In this document: piece by piece, positions 1-8,724 of the stretch
Layout of the letters: every line of letters starts with the position of its first letter
How positions within the stretch are numbered: the stretch's first letter is position 1
Origin: Candidatus Woesearchaeota archaeon
Lineage (GTDB): Archaea; Nanobdellota; Nanobdellia; Pacearchaeales; GW2011-AR1
NCBI GenBank assembly: GCA_964448605.1
Contig: CAYUZV010000001.1
Location: 8,693-72,692, forward strand
Direction: 5' to 3'
Length of the DNA: 64,000 bases
Notes under the pieces: model-generated
What the model saw: the letters and a program-made list of their open reading frames with translations, nothing else
Told to the model about the DNA's origin: nothing
The model's database searches: none
Program-made: the position numbers and the translations under genes

Positions 1-37
1 TTGAATTGAAGGAAGATTTGAAGAAGGTTTTTTTAGA

Positions 38-1252
38 GTGATGTTTCAAAAACTGAAACAAATTTATATAGGTTGTTTCAACTATTGTAATAATATGAAG
101 AGTAAAATTAAGTCATTTGGATTGATTGGAATAGTTTTTTTAGTTTTATTTTTGAATTTAAATCTTGTTTTGAGTGAGGAACAGAGCATTATGTATGATG
201 TTCATCTTCATGTTTTTTATGGGCAGGGATGTTCTCATTGTTCTAAGTTGTTGAGTTTTTTGGATGATATTAGGGATGATTATCCTACTCTTAAGATTTA
301 CGAGCATGAGGTTTATAATGATTTTGAGGGCAGAGAGCTTTTTCAGGAGTTTGTTGATAAATATGGTACTAAAATGAGAGGTGTTCCTACTTGTTTTATT
401 GATGATAAGGTAATTGTTGGTTTCAGTAATAGTATTGGAGATTCTATTGAAGAGGAGATTAGGAGATGTTTGAAGGAGGATTGTGGTAATCCTTTAATTG
501 AGGGCAAGGGTGATGTTGAGGAGATTGAGGGGCATTCTTCGCCCACTTCGAGGAGGGGTTTAGATAAACTTACTATTCCAATTGTTATTGCAGCCGCTGC
601 TGTTGATGCTATTAATCCTTGTGCTTTTGCTGTTTTGATTATTCTTATGACTGCTGCTTTGTCAATTGCAGATAAAAAAAGAGCTTTGAAATTTGGATTA
701 GCTTTTACTGTTTCAATTTATATTTCTTATTTTTTAATGGGGCTTGGTTTATTTTCTGCCTTGCAGGCAACTGGAATAAGTCATACATTTTATATTATTG
801 TTACTGTTATTGCAGTTATTGTTGGATTATTGAATATTAAAGATTATTTTTGGTATGGTAAGGGTTTTTTGATGGAAGTTCCTGTTTCGTGGAGACCTGC
901 AATGAAAAAATTATTAAAAAGTGTTACCTCTCCTCTTGGTGCTTTTTTAATGGGTTTTGTTATTTCGCTTTTTGAACTTCCCTGCACTGGAGGTCCTTAT
1001 ATTGTTATTTTAGGATTATTGGCTAAAGAAGTTACAAGAACTACAGGGATATTTTATTTGCTTCTTTATAATTTAGTTTTTGTAACTCCTTTGATTATTC
1101 TTTCAATTATTATTTATAGAGGATTATCTACAACTGAAAGGCTTGAAAGAATAAGGCAGAGTAAATTGAGATTATTGCATTTAGTTGCAGGTATTTTGAT
1201 GCTATTAATTGCGAGTGTTATGATTTTTTCTTTGATTTACGGATGGGTTTGA
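38..1252 (+). CDS. DsbD/CcdA-like thiol:disulfide transfer membrane protein. N-terminal signal/TM segment and thioredoxin-like domain with a CSHC motif, followed by a CcdA-type multi-TM domain.
   Basis: Motifs YGQGCSHCSKL (Trx-like CxxC), NPCAF and LPCTGGPY (the paired CcdA/DsbD transmembrane Cys motifs). Several hydrophobic helices. True start may be the internal Met at about nt 98. Confidence 0.55.
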   Translation: MMFQKLKQIYIGCFNYCNNMKSKIKSFGLIGIVFLVLFLNLNLVLSEEQSIMYDVHLHVFYGQGCSHCSKLLSFLDDIRDDYPTLKIYEHEVYNDFEGRELFQEFVDKYGTKMRGVPTCFIDDKVIVGFSNSIGDSIEEEIRRCLKEDCGNPLIEGKGDVEEIEGHSSPTSRRGLDKLTIPIVIAAAAVDAINPCAFAVLIILMTAALSIADKKRALKFGLAFTVSIYISYFLMGLGLFSALQATGISHTFYIIVTVIAVIVGLLNIKDYFWYGKGFLMEVPVSWRPAMKKLLKSVTSPLGAFLMGFVISLFELPCTGGPYIVILGLLAKEVTRTTGIFYLLLYNLVFVTPLIILSIIIYRGLSTTERLERIRQSKLRLLHLVAGILMLLIASVMIFSLIYGWV

Positions 1253-1309
1253 TTTTTTTAGTTTATTTTGTTTTTGAAAGAATTTATAAATAAATTTATC
1301 TTTGTTTAT

Positions 1310-2530
1310 ATGAAAATGAAAGAGGTTGATAGAAATGAGGCATATGAGAATTCCTTGAAATTGCTTTATAATTGTTCTACTCCGAATGGTTTTGTTGCAT
1401 CTTCAGAGGAGAATTATAATTATAAAAGAGTTTGGGGGAGAGATAGTATGATTTGTTCTTTGGGTGCTTTGATGACTAAGGATAAGAATTTGATTAGTCA
1501 GGTTAAAAAATCTCTTTTAACTTTAATAAAATTTCAGCATAAGCAAGGACAGATTCCGAGTAATGTTGAGGTTTCAACGAAAAAAATTAGTTATGGAATG
1601 AGCACTGGAAGAATTGATGCTACACTTTGGTTTTTGATTGTTTTTTCTCAGTACATTAAAAGAACTTCTGATATTAGTTTTTTGAAAAAGTATTATGAGA
1701 ATATCAAGAGGGCTTTGAGTATTTGTCATTTGTATGAATTTAATGACAGAGGATTTATTTATGTTCCAAAAGGCGGTGATTGGGCAGATGAATATATTCA
1801 GGAAGGTTATGTTCTTTATGACCAGCTTCTTTATTATAAAGCAATAGAGGAGTTTATTTATTTAAGAAAAAAGTTGAATAAAGAAATTAAGGATTATGGG
1901 AAAAGATTGGATAATTTGAAAAATAGGATTTTGGTTAATTTTTGGTTTGATAAGGGTAATAAGAATTCAAGTTATGTTTATCATAGGATTTTGTTTGAAA
2001 GGTATTCTGGAAAAAAGAAATATCAGAAAGATTATTTGCTTCCGTATTTTAATCCGTCTGGTTATGGTTTTCGTTTTGATGGTATGGGAAATTCTCTTGC
2101 ACTTTTGTTTGATATTGTTGGGGATAAAAAGGAGAAAAAGATAAGAGATTATATTCAGAATAATTTTTCAAAATCAAGCAAGTATCTTCTTCCTGCTTTT
2201 TATCCCCCGATAACTTCAAAAGATATTGAGTGGGGAGAGTTGAAGTGCAGTTATTCTTCTAAATTTAAGAACAAGCCAAATCAGTATCATAATGGAGGAC
2301 TTTGGCCTGTTGTTACTGGTTTTTATGTTGCTTCTTTGAAAGATAAGGAGATTGCGGGAAAATATCTTGATGGAATAAATAATGCTAATTTTCCAAATGG
2401 TGAGTTTATTTTTCCTGAATTTATAAATAGCAAAACTTTCAAGTCAGGAGGACATAAAAAAATGGCTTGGTCTGGAGTTGCTTCAATTATTGGATTTAAT
2501 CATCTCAAGGGAAGGAGGGTTTTTGTATGA
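1310..2530 (+). CDS. Glycoside hydrolase of (alpha/alpha)6-barrel type, GH63 / glycogen-debranching / mannosylglycerate-hydrolase-like.
   Basis: Motifs GGDWADEY and YHNGGLWP are typical of GH63/GDE-C-like six-hairpin glycosidases. The ORF track starts at a TTG at 1268; the ATG at 1310 lies about 15-25 nt downstream of TATA-like AATTTATAAATAAATTT. Stop overlaps the start of the next gene (ATGA). Confidence 0.5.
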   Translation: MKMKEVDRNEAYENSLKLLYNCSTPNGFVASSEENYNYKRVWGRDSMICSLGALMTKDKNLISQVKKSLLTLIKFQHKQGQIPSNVEVSTKKISYGMSTGRIDATLWFLIVFSQYIKRTSDISFLKKYYENIKRALSICHLYEFNDRGFIYVPKGGDWADEYIQEGYVLYDQLLYYKAIEEFIYLRKKLNKEIKDYGKRLDNLKNRILVNFWFDKGNKNSSYVYHRILFERYSGKKKYQKDYLLPYFNPSGYGFRFDGMGNSLALLFDIVGDKKEKKIRDYIQNNFSKSSKYLLPAFYPPITSKDIEWGELKCSYSSKFKNKPNQYHNGGLWPVVTGFYVASLKDKEIAGKYLDGINNANFPNGEFIFPEFINSKTFKSGGHKKMAWSGVASIIGFNHLKGRRVFV

Positions 2531-3324
2531 AATTAATTGCAACAGATTTGGACAGGACTTTGATTCCAAATGGAAATTCTAAAGAAGATAAAAATTCTAT
2601 GAATATTTTTAAAAGTTTGTTAAAGAAGAATGGAATTAGTTTGATTTTTATTACAGGAAGACCTAAATATTTGGTTAAAGATGCTATTGAAAGGTATAAA
2701 CTTCCTGAACCGATTTATTGTGTTTCAATGGTTGGGACTGTGATTTATGAGGTTAAGGGAGGAAGGTTTGTTGAGTTAAGGGAATGGGAGGATTATCTTG
2801 AGAGTGAGGTTAAAAATTATAATCAAAATAAGATAAAATCGCTTTTGAAAAAAGAAGGTTTTAAATTGCAATCAAAAAAATATCAGAATTCTTTTAAGTT
2901 AAGTTATTATTTTAAGGATTTTAAGAGGGCGGAGAATGTTAAGAGTTTGCTTAGGAAAAATAAGATTTTTTGCAATGTGGTTTTGAGTCATGATTGCAAG
3001 AGAAATGTTGGTTTGCTTGATGTTCTTCATCCAGGTGCTTCTAAGAAAAAAGCATTTGAATTTTTGTTAGAGAAATTGGATGTTAAAAAAAGTGAAGTTG
3101 TTTATTCAGGTGATTCTGGAAATGATTTGAGTATTTTGAAATCTGGAATCAAAGGTATTTTAGTTAAGAATGCTGAAATCGAGGTTAGGAAGAAAATAAA
3201 GAGTGGTTTGTGCAGGATTTATATTGCAAAAGGGAATTTTAAGGTTCCTGATAGAAATGTAAAATTGAATGGAAATTATGTTTCAGGAATAATTGAGGGT
3301 TGTTATCATTGGAGTATTTTTTAA
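2527..3324 (+). CDS. HAD-superfamily class IIB sugar phosphatase (MPGP / SPP / Cof-like).
   Basis: N-terminal IATDLDRTL (HAD motif I, DxD). ITGRP (motif II). SGDSGND (motif IV). Translationally coupled to the upstream GH gene by a 4-nt overlap. Confidence 0.6.
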   Translation: MKLIATDLDRTLIPNGNSKEDKNSMNIFKSLLKKNGISLIFITGRPKYLVKDAIERYKLPEPIYCVSMVGTVIYEVKGGRFVELREWEDYLESEVKNYNQNKIKSLLKKEGFKLQSKKYQNSFKLSYYFKDFKRAENVKSLLRKNKIFCNVVLSHDCKRNVGLLDVLHPGASKKKAFEFLLEKLDVKKSEVVYSGDSGNDLSILKSGIKGILVKNAEIEVRKKIKSGLCRIYIAKGNFKVPDRNVKLNGNYVSGIIEGCYHWSIF

Positions 3325-3405
3325 TTGTTATTTTGAAGGATATTTTTTAATTCTTTAGAAACTCTTTTTGGATTTTTGATTTTTTTGCTATATATTTTTC
3401 TGTAA

Positions 3406-3753
3406 TTATCCATAAAGAATAATACTTATTACCATATAAACATGTAAAATAACCCAGCAGAAATTTGCAAGGATTATTGGTCTGTTTTTAGTGAAAACTC
3501 CCAGAAGAAGCCAAAAGAAAGATATTATTAAATATGATATCCATGTTGTTAATGAAAATCCTGCAACAATATGGGTAGTCCATATTCTGTATATTTGCGG
3601 GAGAGTCATAACAGGCCCTATTATGGCAAAGAAGTAAACAGTTCTTTTTAGAAATTTTGCAATTCTTTTTTGAACTGTATCAGGGAGTGAATCTTTTAAA
3701 TAATAATTCACATATTCATAAAATATTTTTTCTATTTTGTTTTTTATTCTCAT
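3406..3753 (-). CDS. SemiSWEET / PQ-loop (MtN3-like) small membrane transporter.
   Basis: 115 aa with three predicted TM helices and a PQ motif (TLPQIYRIW) in the first helix. Confidence 0.4.
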   Translation of the reverse strand: MRIKNKIEKIFYEYVNYYLKDSLPDTVQKRIAKFLKRTVYFFAIIGPVMTLPQIYRIWTTHIVAGFSLTTWISYLIISFFWLLLGVFTKNRPIILANFCWVILHVYMVISIILYG

Positions 3754-3754
3754 T

Positions 3755-4396
3755 TTATTTGTTAAATCTTTTTGATGCTAAAATATAGCCAATAAATCCA
3801 ATGTTTAATGCCATTCCCAATATAGCTTCAATAGTTGCTATTAGCATATTGATTCCAGTTGGTGCAAAGTCTCCATAACCTACTGTTGTAAATGTAATTG
3901 TGCTGAAGTAGATTGTTTCTTTAAATGTTAATGCTGTGGGATTGTCTGACTCTGTAAATAAATTATTGTTTAGGGCATAGGTTCCTGAAAAGAGGAATAT
4001 AATCGTTACTATAAATAAAATATAACTTAAAATAAATGAAATGACATTTTTTGAATTTGATATTCGTTTTGTAGAGGGTATGACTCCTATTGAATAAAGA
4101 GTTATGAATACTCCAATTACTATTATTGTTGTGTTGATTTTTTGTCCAATTGTGAAAAGACGTAATAGTGTGAAAATTATTAATATGCTTAAGGATATGT
4201 AATCTTCAAAACTGGTTCCTTTGTTTTTAAAAATATGGCTTATTTTTATTAGTATAAAAATTGATAAGAGGACAAGGATTGTGAAAGATGGAAAAAATTC
4301 AAAAAATTCTAATGACAAGAGTGATGCAATAAGAAGTATTGCGATTATTATAGCTAAGATAAATTCTATTGAAATTTTTTTCTTTCCTCTTTTCAT
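3755..4396 (-). CDS. Potassium channel (pore-loop cation channel).
   Basis: Canonical K+ selectivity filter TTVGYGDFAP preceded by a pore helix. Multiple TM helices. 1-nt spacing to the downstream SemiSWEET-like gene. Confidence 0.65.
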   Translation of the reverse strand: MKRGKKKISIEFILAIIIAILLIASLLSLEFFEFFPSFTILVLLSIFILIKISHIFKNKGTSFEDYISLSILIIFTLLRLFTIGQKINTTIIVIGVFITLYSIGVIPSTKRISNSKNVISFILSYILFIVTIIFLFSGTYALNNNLFTESDNPTALTFKETIYFSTITFTTVGYGDFAPTGINMLIATIEAILGMALNIGFIGYILASKRFNK

Positions 4397-4439
4397 TTTA
4401 ATAAATAGTTATTTTAACTTAAAAATGTTTTGAGATTCA

Positions 4440-5696
4440 TTAATTTTTTAGTATATCTCTCAATTTTTTAGAAACTCTTTTTGGATTTTTGTCTTTTGTT
4501 ATTGCTCCTCCAATAGTGATTATGTCTGCATTGTATTCTTGAAGTTTTTTTAATTTTTTTTCATTAATTCCTCCTGCAAGTGCTGTTAAAACTTTTTTTT
4601 CATTGCAGAGTTTTATCATTTTTTTAAGGTTTGAGAATTTGTCTTTTTTCTGAACATCAATTGCAATATGTATGCAAATTATATGAGGAAGATTTTTTAA
4701 TTTGAGTATTTCTTTTAATCTTTTTTCTCTGTCTGATTTTTTTACATCAATTAAATCCACTAATACTTTTTTGTTTTTTTGATTTGCTATTTCAACTGCT
4801 CCTTCAATTGTTTCATCTGCTGAACCTCCTAAAACACTTACAATATCTGCTCCTTCCTTGAATGCTAAATCTGCTTCAAATTTTCCAGTGTCTGCTGTTT
4901 TAATATCTGCCATAATTATCTTTTTATATTTTTGTATTTTTTTTATTATCTTTAATCCATTCTCTTTTATTAGAGGAGTTCCTAATTCAATTATGTCAAT
5001 GTTTTCTGTTGTTTTGTTTATGAGGTTGAGTGCTTTTTTTTCTTGAGCAATATCAACTGCTATTTGGAGAAAACTATTTTTTGGTTTTATGAATGTTTTT
5101 TTAAGTTGTTTGTTGTATCCAACTACAATTAGATTTGGTAATTTAGTGAATAATCCTGAACACCAGTATTTTTCTAATTTGTCCTCTAAATCTTTAGTTT
5201 TTATTTTTTTTGATTTAATCCAGATTTTGTAAAATTCTCCAAAAACTCTGCTTGAATGTTTTATATAAGGTGCTTTTGGTTTTTTTACACTTTTAATCAG
5301 AATTGGATAATCTTTTATATCGTCTATGAATTTTCTTGAATCTGCTAATAGAATTGTTTTTTCTGCCTGATAATCTAATTTTTTTTCTTTTTCAAATGCA
5401 TATCCTCCAAATCCCTTTAAGACATTAAAATTTTTGTCTATTTTATCTGCTCCGTCAAATGAAATATTGGGTTTGTCTTTTTTGGAGATTTTGAGTTTAT
5501 ATTTTTTGCATATTTTTTTTATGTTTTCATTTACTGGAATTATTTTTATTTTGAGATTTTCGAATTTTACTTTTTTTGCTAATTCTTTTATGAAAATTTT
5601 TATTGTGCTTCCTTCTCCAAGTCCAATTGTCATACCGGATTTTACAAAAAACAATGCTTCTTTTGCAACAAGTTTTTTTTCTTTTGTTTTTATCAT
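4440..5696 (-). CDS. Fusion protein: N-terminal ribose-5-phosphate isomerase A-like domain plus C-terminal 3-hexulose-6-phosphate synthase / KGPDC (OMPDC-fold) domain.
   Basis: N-terminus GMTIGLGEGSTI resembles the RpiA GLGTGST motif. C-terminus KIIMADIKTADTG...ADIVSVLGG resembles the HPS/KGPDC family (ADLKTMDAG). 418 aa. Confidence 0.5.
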   Translation of the reverse strand: MIKTKEKKLVAKEALFFVKSGMTIGLGEGSTIKIFIKELAKKVKFENLKIKIIPVNENIKKICKKYKLKISKKDKPNISFDGADKIDKNFNVLKGFGGYAFEKEKKLDYQAEKTILLADSRKFIDDIKDYPILIKSVKKPKAPYIKHSSRVFGEFYKIWIKSKKIKTKDLEDKLEKYWCSGLFTKLPNLIVVGYNKQLKKTFIKPKNSFLQIAVDIAQEKKALNLINKTTENIDIIELGTPLIKENGLKIIKKIQKYKKIIMADIKTADTGKFEADLAFKEGADIVSVLGGSADETIEGAVEIANQKNKKVLVDLIDVKKSDREKRLKEILKLKNLPHIICIHIAIDVQKKDKFSNLKKMIKLCNEKKVLTALAGGINEKKLKKLQEYNADIITIGGAITKDKNPKRVSKKLRDILKN

Positions 5697-5820
5697 TTTT
5701 TTCAGAGTATTTTTAGGTTACTTTTTTCCCACTGAATTCGGCTAATGCCGAAAACCCTCCCTACCTTTTACACCTTGTTCACCCTTCGCCCATTGAGTAA
5801 ATTAGGTAACCTAAAAACAT
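5697..5820 (+). repeat. Conserved intergenic element, copy A. Homologous to 20470-20650.
   Basis: TTCCCACTGAATTCGGCTAATGCCGAAAACCC aligns with TTCTCACTGAATTCGTCTATTGACAAAACTC (26 of 32). Downstream ...CCTTCGCCCATTGAGTAAATTAGGTAA aligns with ...TCTCGTCCATCCTCAATAAAATTAGGAAT. Contains the perfect hairpin TTCGGCTAATGCCGAA at 5737-5752. Confidence 0.45.
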
Positions 5821-6681
5821 TTATTTTTTTATTTTTTTTACAATTGCATTTGCGCAGTCAATTTTGCCTGCTTTATTTGGAATTGTGTTTGTTGTGATTA
5901 CTTTTCCTATTTTTTTTAATTTAGATAGGGCTCCTTCTGCGAAAAGTCCGTGCATTCCGATGAAATAGATGTTTCCTTTTGTGAGTTTTGATGCTTCAAT
6001 TAAAGTGTGTCCTGATGAAATTATGTCGTCGATAATAACTATGTTTTTGTTTTTTGTTTTTTTCCCTTTTATTTTTACTTTTCTTGAATTGAATCTTTGT
6101 TTTTTTAGAATTTTATGTTCGGCATTTAATTTTTTTGCAACTGGAATAACCCATTGTTCGCTTTCTATATCAGGACCTACAATTACTGGATTTTTTATTT
6201 TTCTCTTTATGTAATTTGCTGTTTCATCTGCTAATGAAATTCTTACTGCATTTGGAAAAAATTCCTTAAAGCTGTGGAGTCTGTGAAGGTGAGGTTCTAC
6301 AATATAGACTTTATTGAAAATTTTGCAAAGGTTTACTAAAATTCTATTTGCTACTGCTTCTCCTTTTTTGAAACTCATGTCTTGTCTTAGATATGCAAAA
6401 TAAGGTGAGATTAAATTTATTTTTTTTGCACCTAAGGATTTTGCAGTATGTGCTGCGAATAAAAGTTCTATTAATTTGTCATTTATGTCCAGATTTTTAT
6501 CCTTGTAGAAACTTTGAACAAAGAAAACTTTTTTGTTTTTTATTTCTGCATTTATTCGAACTTTTATTTCAGTGTCTGGAAATCTCTCTATAATTGTTTC
6601 TCCATAAGATGCTTTTAGTTTTTTTGCAATCTTTTTTCCAAGATGTTTTCCACCTGAACAAGAAATTATCACCTCTTTCAT
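5821..6681 (-). CDS. prs: Ribose-phosphate pyrophosphokinase (PRPP synthetase).
   Basis: Archaeal Prs-like N-terminus (VIISCSGGKHLGKKIAKKL). PRPP-binding loop IVIIDDIISSGHT. Length 286 aa. Confidence 0.75.
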   Translation of the reverse strand: MKEVIISCSGGKHLGKKIAKKLKASYGETIIERFPDTEIKVRINAEIKNKKVFFVQSFYKDKNLDINDKLIELLFAAHTAKSLGAKKINLISPYFAYLRQDMSFKKGEAVANRILVNLCKIFNKVYIVEPHLHRLHSFKEFFPNAVRISLADETANYIKRKIKNPVIVGPDIESEQWVIPVAKKLNAEHKILKKQRFNSRKVKIKGKKTKNKNIVIIDDIISSGHTLIEASKLTKGNIYFIGMHGLFAEGALSKLKKIGKVITTNTIPNKAGKIDCANAIVKKIKK

Positions 6682-6803
6682 TTTTTATTTAAGTAATAAG
6701 GATATAAAAAGTTAATTGAAGGTTTGGTTTTATTGGTGGTTGATTAATTTGAATCGACGATTTAATGGATTTTAGTTTTGAGAGATATAAGAAGGATTAA
6801 TAA

Positions 6804-8684
6804 TCAGTTATCATAAAAAACATCTCTATACAAATTCCAGGTTCTTATGAATTCTGCATGAGGCCAGGCAAGAGGAAGAACTGAATAGGCTAATCCCTTG
6901 GTTTTATAGGGTTCTGATTTTCTTATGTTTTTGAGCATGATTTCTCTGTCTTTTCTCATTATTCCTGCTTTTTTGTATTCACTTACCCATTCTTCAAAAT
7001 CTTCTTTTAGTGCAATGTGTTCTGGAAGCAGATTTTTGTGTGCTTTCTCTATTATCCAATTTAGATAAATCTCTGCTTTTTTCTTGTTTTTTAATTTTAT
7101 GAAATGTCTTGCAATCATTAGTGTGAAATGAGGCCAGGGTCCATAACCTCCATTGTTTCTTCCAATGTATTCTTTGTATCTGCAGATTCCTCCTAACTTA
7201 TCATGCCAAAGTTCCTTAATAATCTCCTTAACAGTTTTCTTCACTTTTGAATTATTATCTCCCAAAACATCAAAATCTGCTATGGCATATGTGCTTGCAT
7301 CAATGTCATCTGCTACTGAACTTGATTCTGCAATTCTTATTGTTTTAACAAAACTATCCTCTCCCCAGAAATATTTTTCTATTGCTTGTTTTATTTTTTT
7401 TGTTGGAAATGTTTTTACTCTTATTTTTTTTAATTCTTCTAATGCACTTAGGCAGACAGAGTTTGACCAAATTTCATATCCTGCTTCATAAGGTGGAAAT
7501 TCGTGTATGCTGTTTGGTGTGTAAAAAAGATTTTTTTCATGGAGTTTTGATTTTAAATATTTTACTGCCTTTTCAATTTTTAATTTATTGAATGCGAGAA
7601 ATTCTTTGTCTTTTGTTTCTTGAATATATTTTGCAAATGCATAAATAGTTAGTCCAGTGTTGTCTATTTGTATTGGTTTGTAACTTTTGTCTTTCGCTTT
7701 TTTGTCCATTCTTTGAGGGAAACTTCCGTTTGAGTTTTGTCCTTTTAAAACAAATTGCAATGCTTTTTTTGCTTCTTTATATAATCCTGCTGAAATTAAA
7801 CCTAATATGCAAATTGCATGGTCACGAGGATAAACATAAGGATACCTGCCTTTTGGAAAACTCGCCAGAATTGCTCCATTTTTTAATTGCATTTTTTTCA
7901 GAACTTCTATGCTTTTCCAATATAATTCATCTCCTTTTTTTAGAAGTTTGTTTTCATAATCCATTAATTCTATTACAATCTTGCTCCATTCATTTGGACT
8001 CTTTATTAAAAATGGTTTTTTTACTTTTTTTAACATGGGTTTATCATTGTCTGAATCTCCTAATGCAATTGTTTCAATTTTTCCATATTTGTTCTTATAA
8101 AATTCTGAGAGGATTTTTACTGCCTTTCCTTTGTTGTTATTTCCTAAGATGTGATAGTATCTTCCACCTTTTGTGTATTTTAGTTTGTGTTTTTTTATTA
8201 ATTGGAAAAGTTGTTTTTCATCTTTTTTATTTTCTAATTCAAATGCTTCGTCATATTCTCTTTTTTTTGCAAGTTTTGCTTGTTTTAAATTTAGTCCTGA
8301 ATTTTTACTTAATTCTTTTGCAGACATTTGTGAGAATCCTCTTAAGGGTATTTTCTTTTTTATTTTTTTTAAAGTTTGCACAAGTTTTGAATATTTTGTT
8401 CCGAGTTCTATTATCTTGTATTTTTTTTTAAGTTTGTTTTTGTTTTCTTCTGCAAAATAATTTTGAGGAATAAAAATTGCTCCTCCGTTTTCAGAGATGA
8501 ATGGGTGATTATTTTTTGTTTTTTTTCTGTAAACTTCAATTTCTGCTCTTGTTTTACTGCTTACGAAAATTAGAGGTATGTTGAAATGCTTTGTTATTTC
8601 AATTCCAGGTTCTGCTTTTTTAAAACTATATTTGTCGTCTAATAATGTTCCGTCTAAATCAGTGAATATCACCTTTTTTTCCAT
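6804..8684 (-). CDS. Fusion of an HAD-IIB phosphatase (MPGP-like) with a GH15-type (alpha/alpha)6 glycoside hydrolase (glucoamylase / trehalase-like).
   Basis: N-terminus IFTDLDGTLLD (HAD motif I) and GDSDNDKPM (motif IV). C-terminal half carries GRYPYVYPRDHA and GGYGPWP-type motifs typical of GH15. Confidence 0.55.
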   Translation of the reverse strand: MEKKVIFTDLDGTLLDDKYSFKKAEPGIEITKHFNIPLIFVSSKTRAEIEVYRKKTKNNHPFISENGGAIFIPQNYFAEENKNKLKKKYKIIELGTKYSKLVQTLKKIKKKIPLRGFSQMSAKELSKNSGLNLKQAKLAKKREYDEAFELENKKDEKQLFQLIKKHKLKYTKGGRYYHILGNNNKGKAVKILSEFYKNKYGKIETIALGDSDNDKPMLKKVKKPFLIKSPNEWSKIVIELMDYENKLLKKGDELYWKSIEVLKKMQLKNGAILASFPKGRYPYVYPRDHAICILGLISAGLYKEAKKALQFVLKGQNSNGSFPQRMDKKAKDKSYKPIQIDNTGLTIYAFAKYIQETKDKEFLAFNKLKIEKAVKYLKSKLHEKNLFYTPNSIHEFPPYEAGYEIWSNSVCLSALEELKKIRVKTFPTKKIKQAIEKYFWGEDSFVKTIRIAESSSVADDIDASTYAIADFDVLGDNNSKVKKTVKEIIKELWHDKLGGICRYKEYIGRNNGGYGPWPHFTLMIARHFIKLKNKKKAEIYLNWIIEKAHKNLLPEHIALKEDFEEWVSEYKKAGIMRKDREIMLKNIRKSEPYKTKGLAYSVLPLAWPHAEFIRTWNLYRDVFYDN

Positions 8685-8724
8685 ATATGGAAATGTTTTT
8701 ATAGTTTAAAATAGTTTGGTTTTT

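Noticed and set aside
7153-8460. Several long plus-strand ORFs (7153-7491, 7382-7591, 7673-8431, 8173-8460) overlapping the HAD-GH15 fusion gene.
   Set aside because: They are antisense to a well-supported gene and have F/L/I/S-rich low-complexity composition typical of shadow ORFs in AT-rich DNA. The same applies to 1947-2144, 4221-4433, 4858-5046, 5434-5745, 5969-6593, 8911-9186, 10095-10870, 11279-11674, 11727-13040, 15784-16194, 17666-19926, 23938-24222, 24370-24609, 25752-25961, 26684-26989, 27535-27945, 28088-28376, 29233-30589, 31114-31470, 32057-33577, 34029-35546, 36613-36983, 37720-37929, 38906-39148, 41604-42111, 42552-43504, 44430-44630, 47748-48444, 50915-51208, 51648-52222, 54036-57260, 58627-58893, 60235-60435 and 61290-61877.
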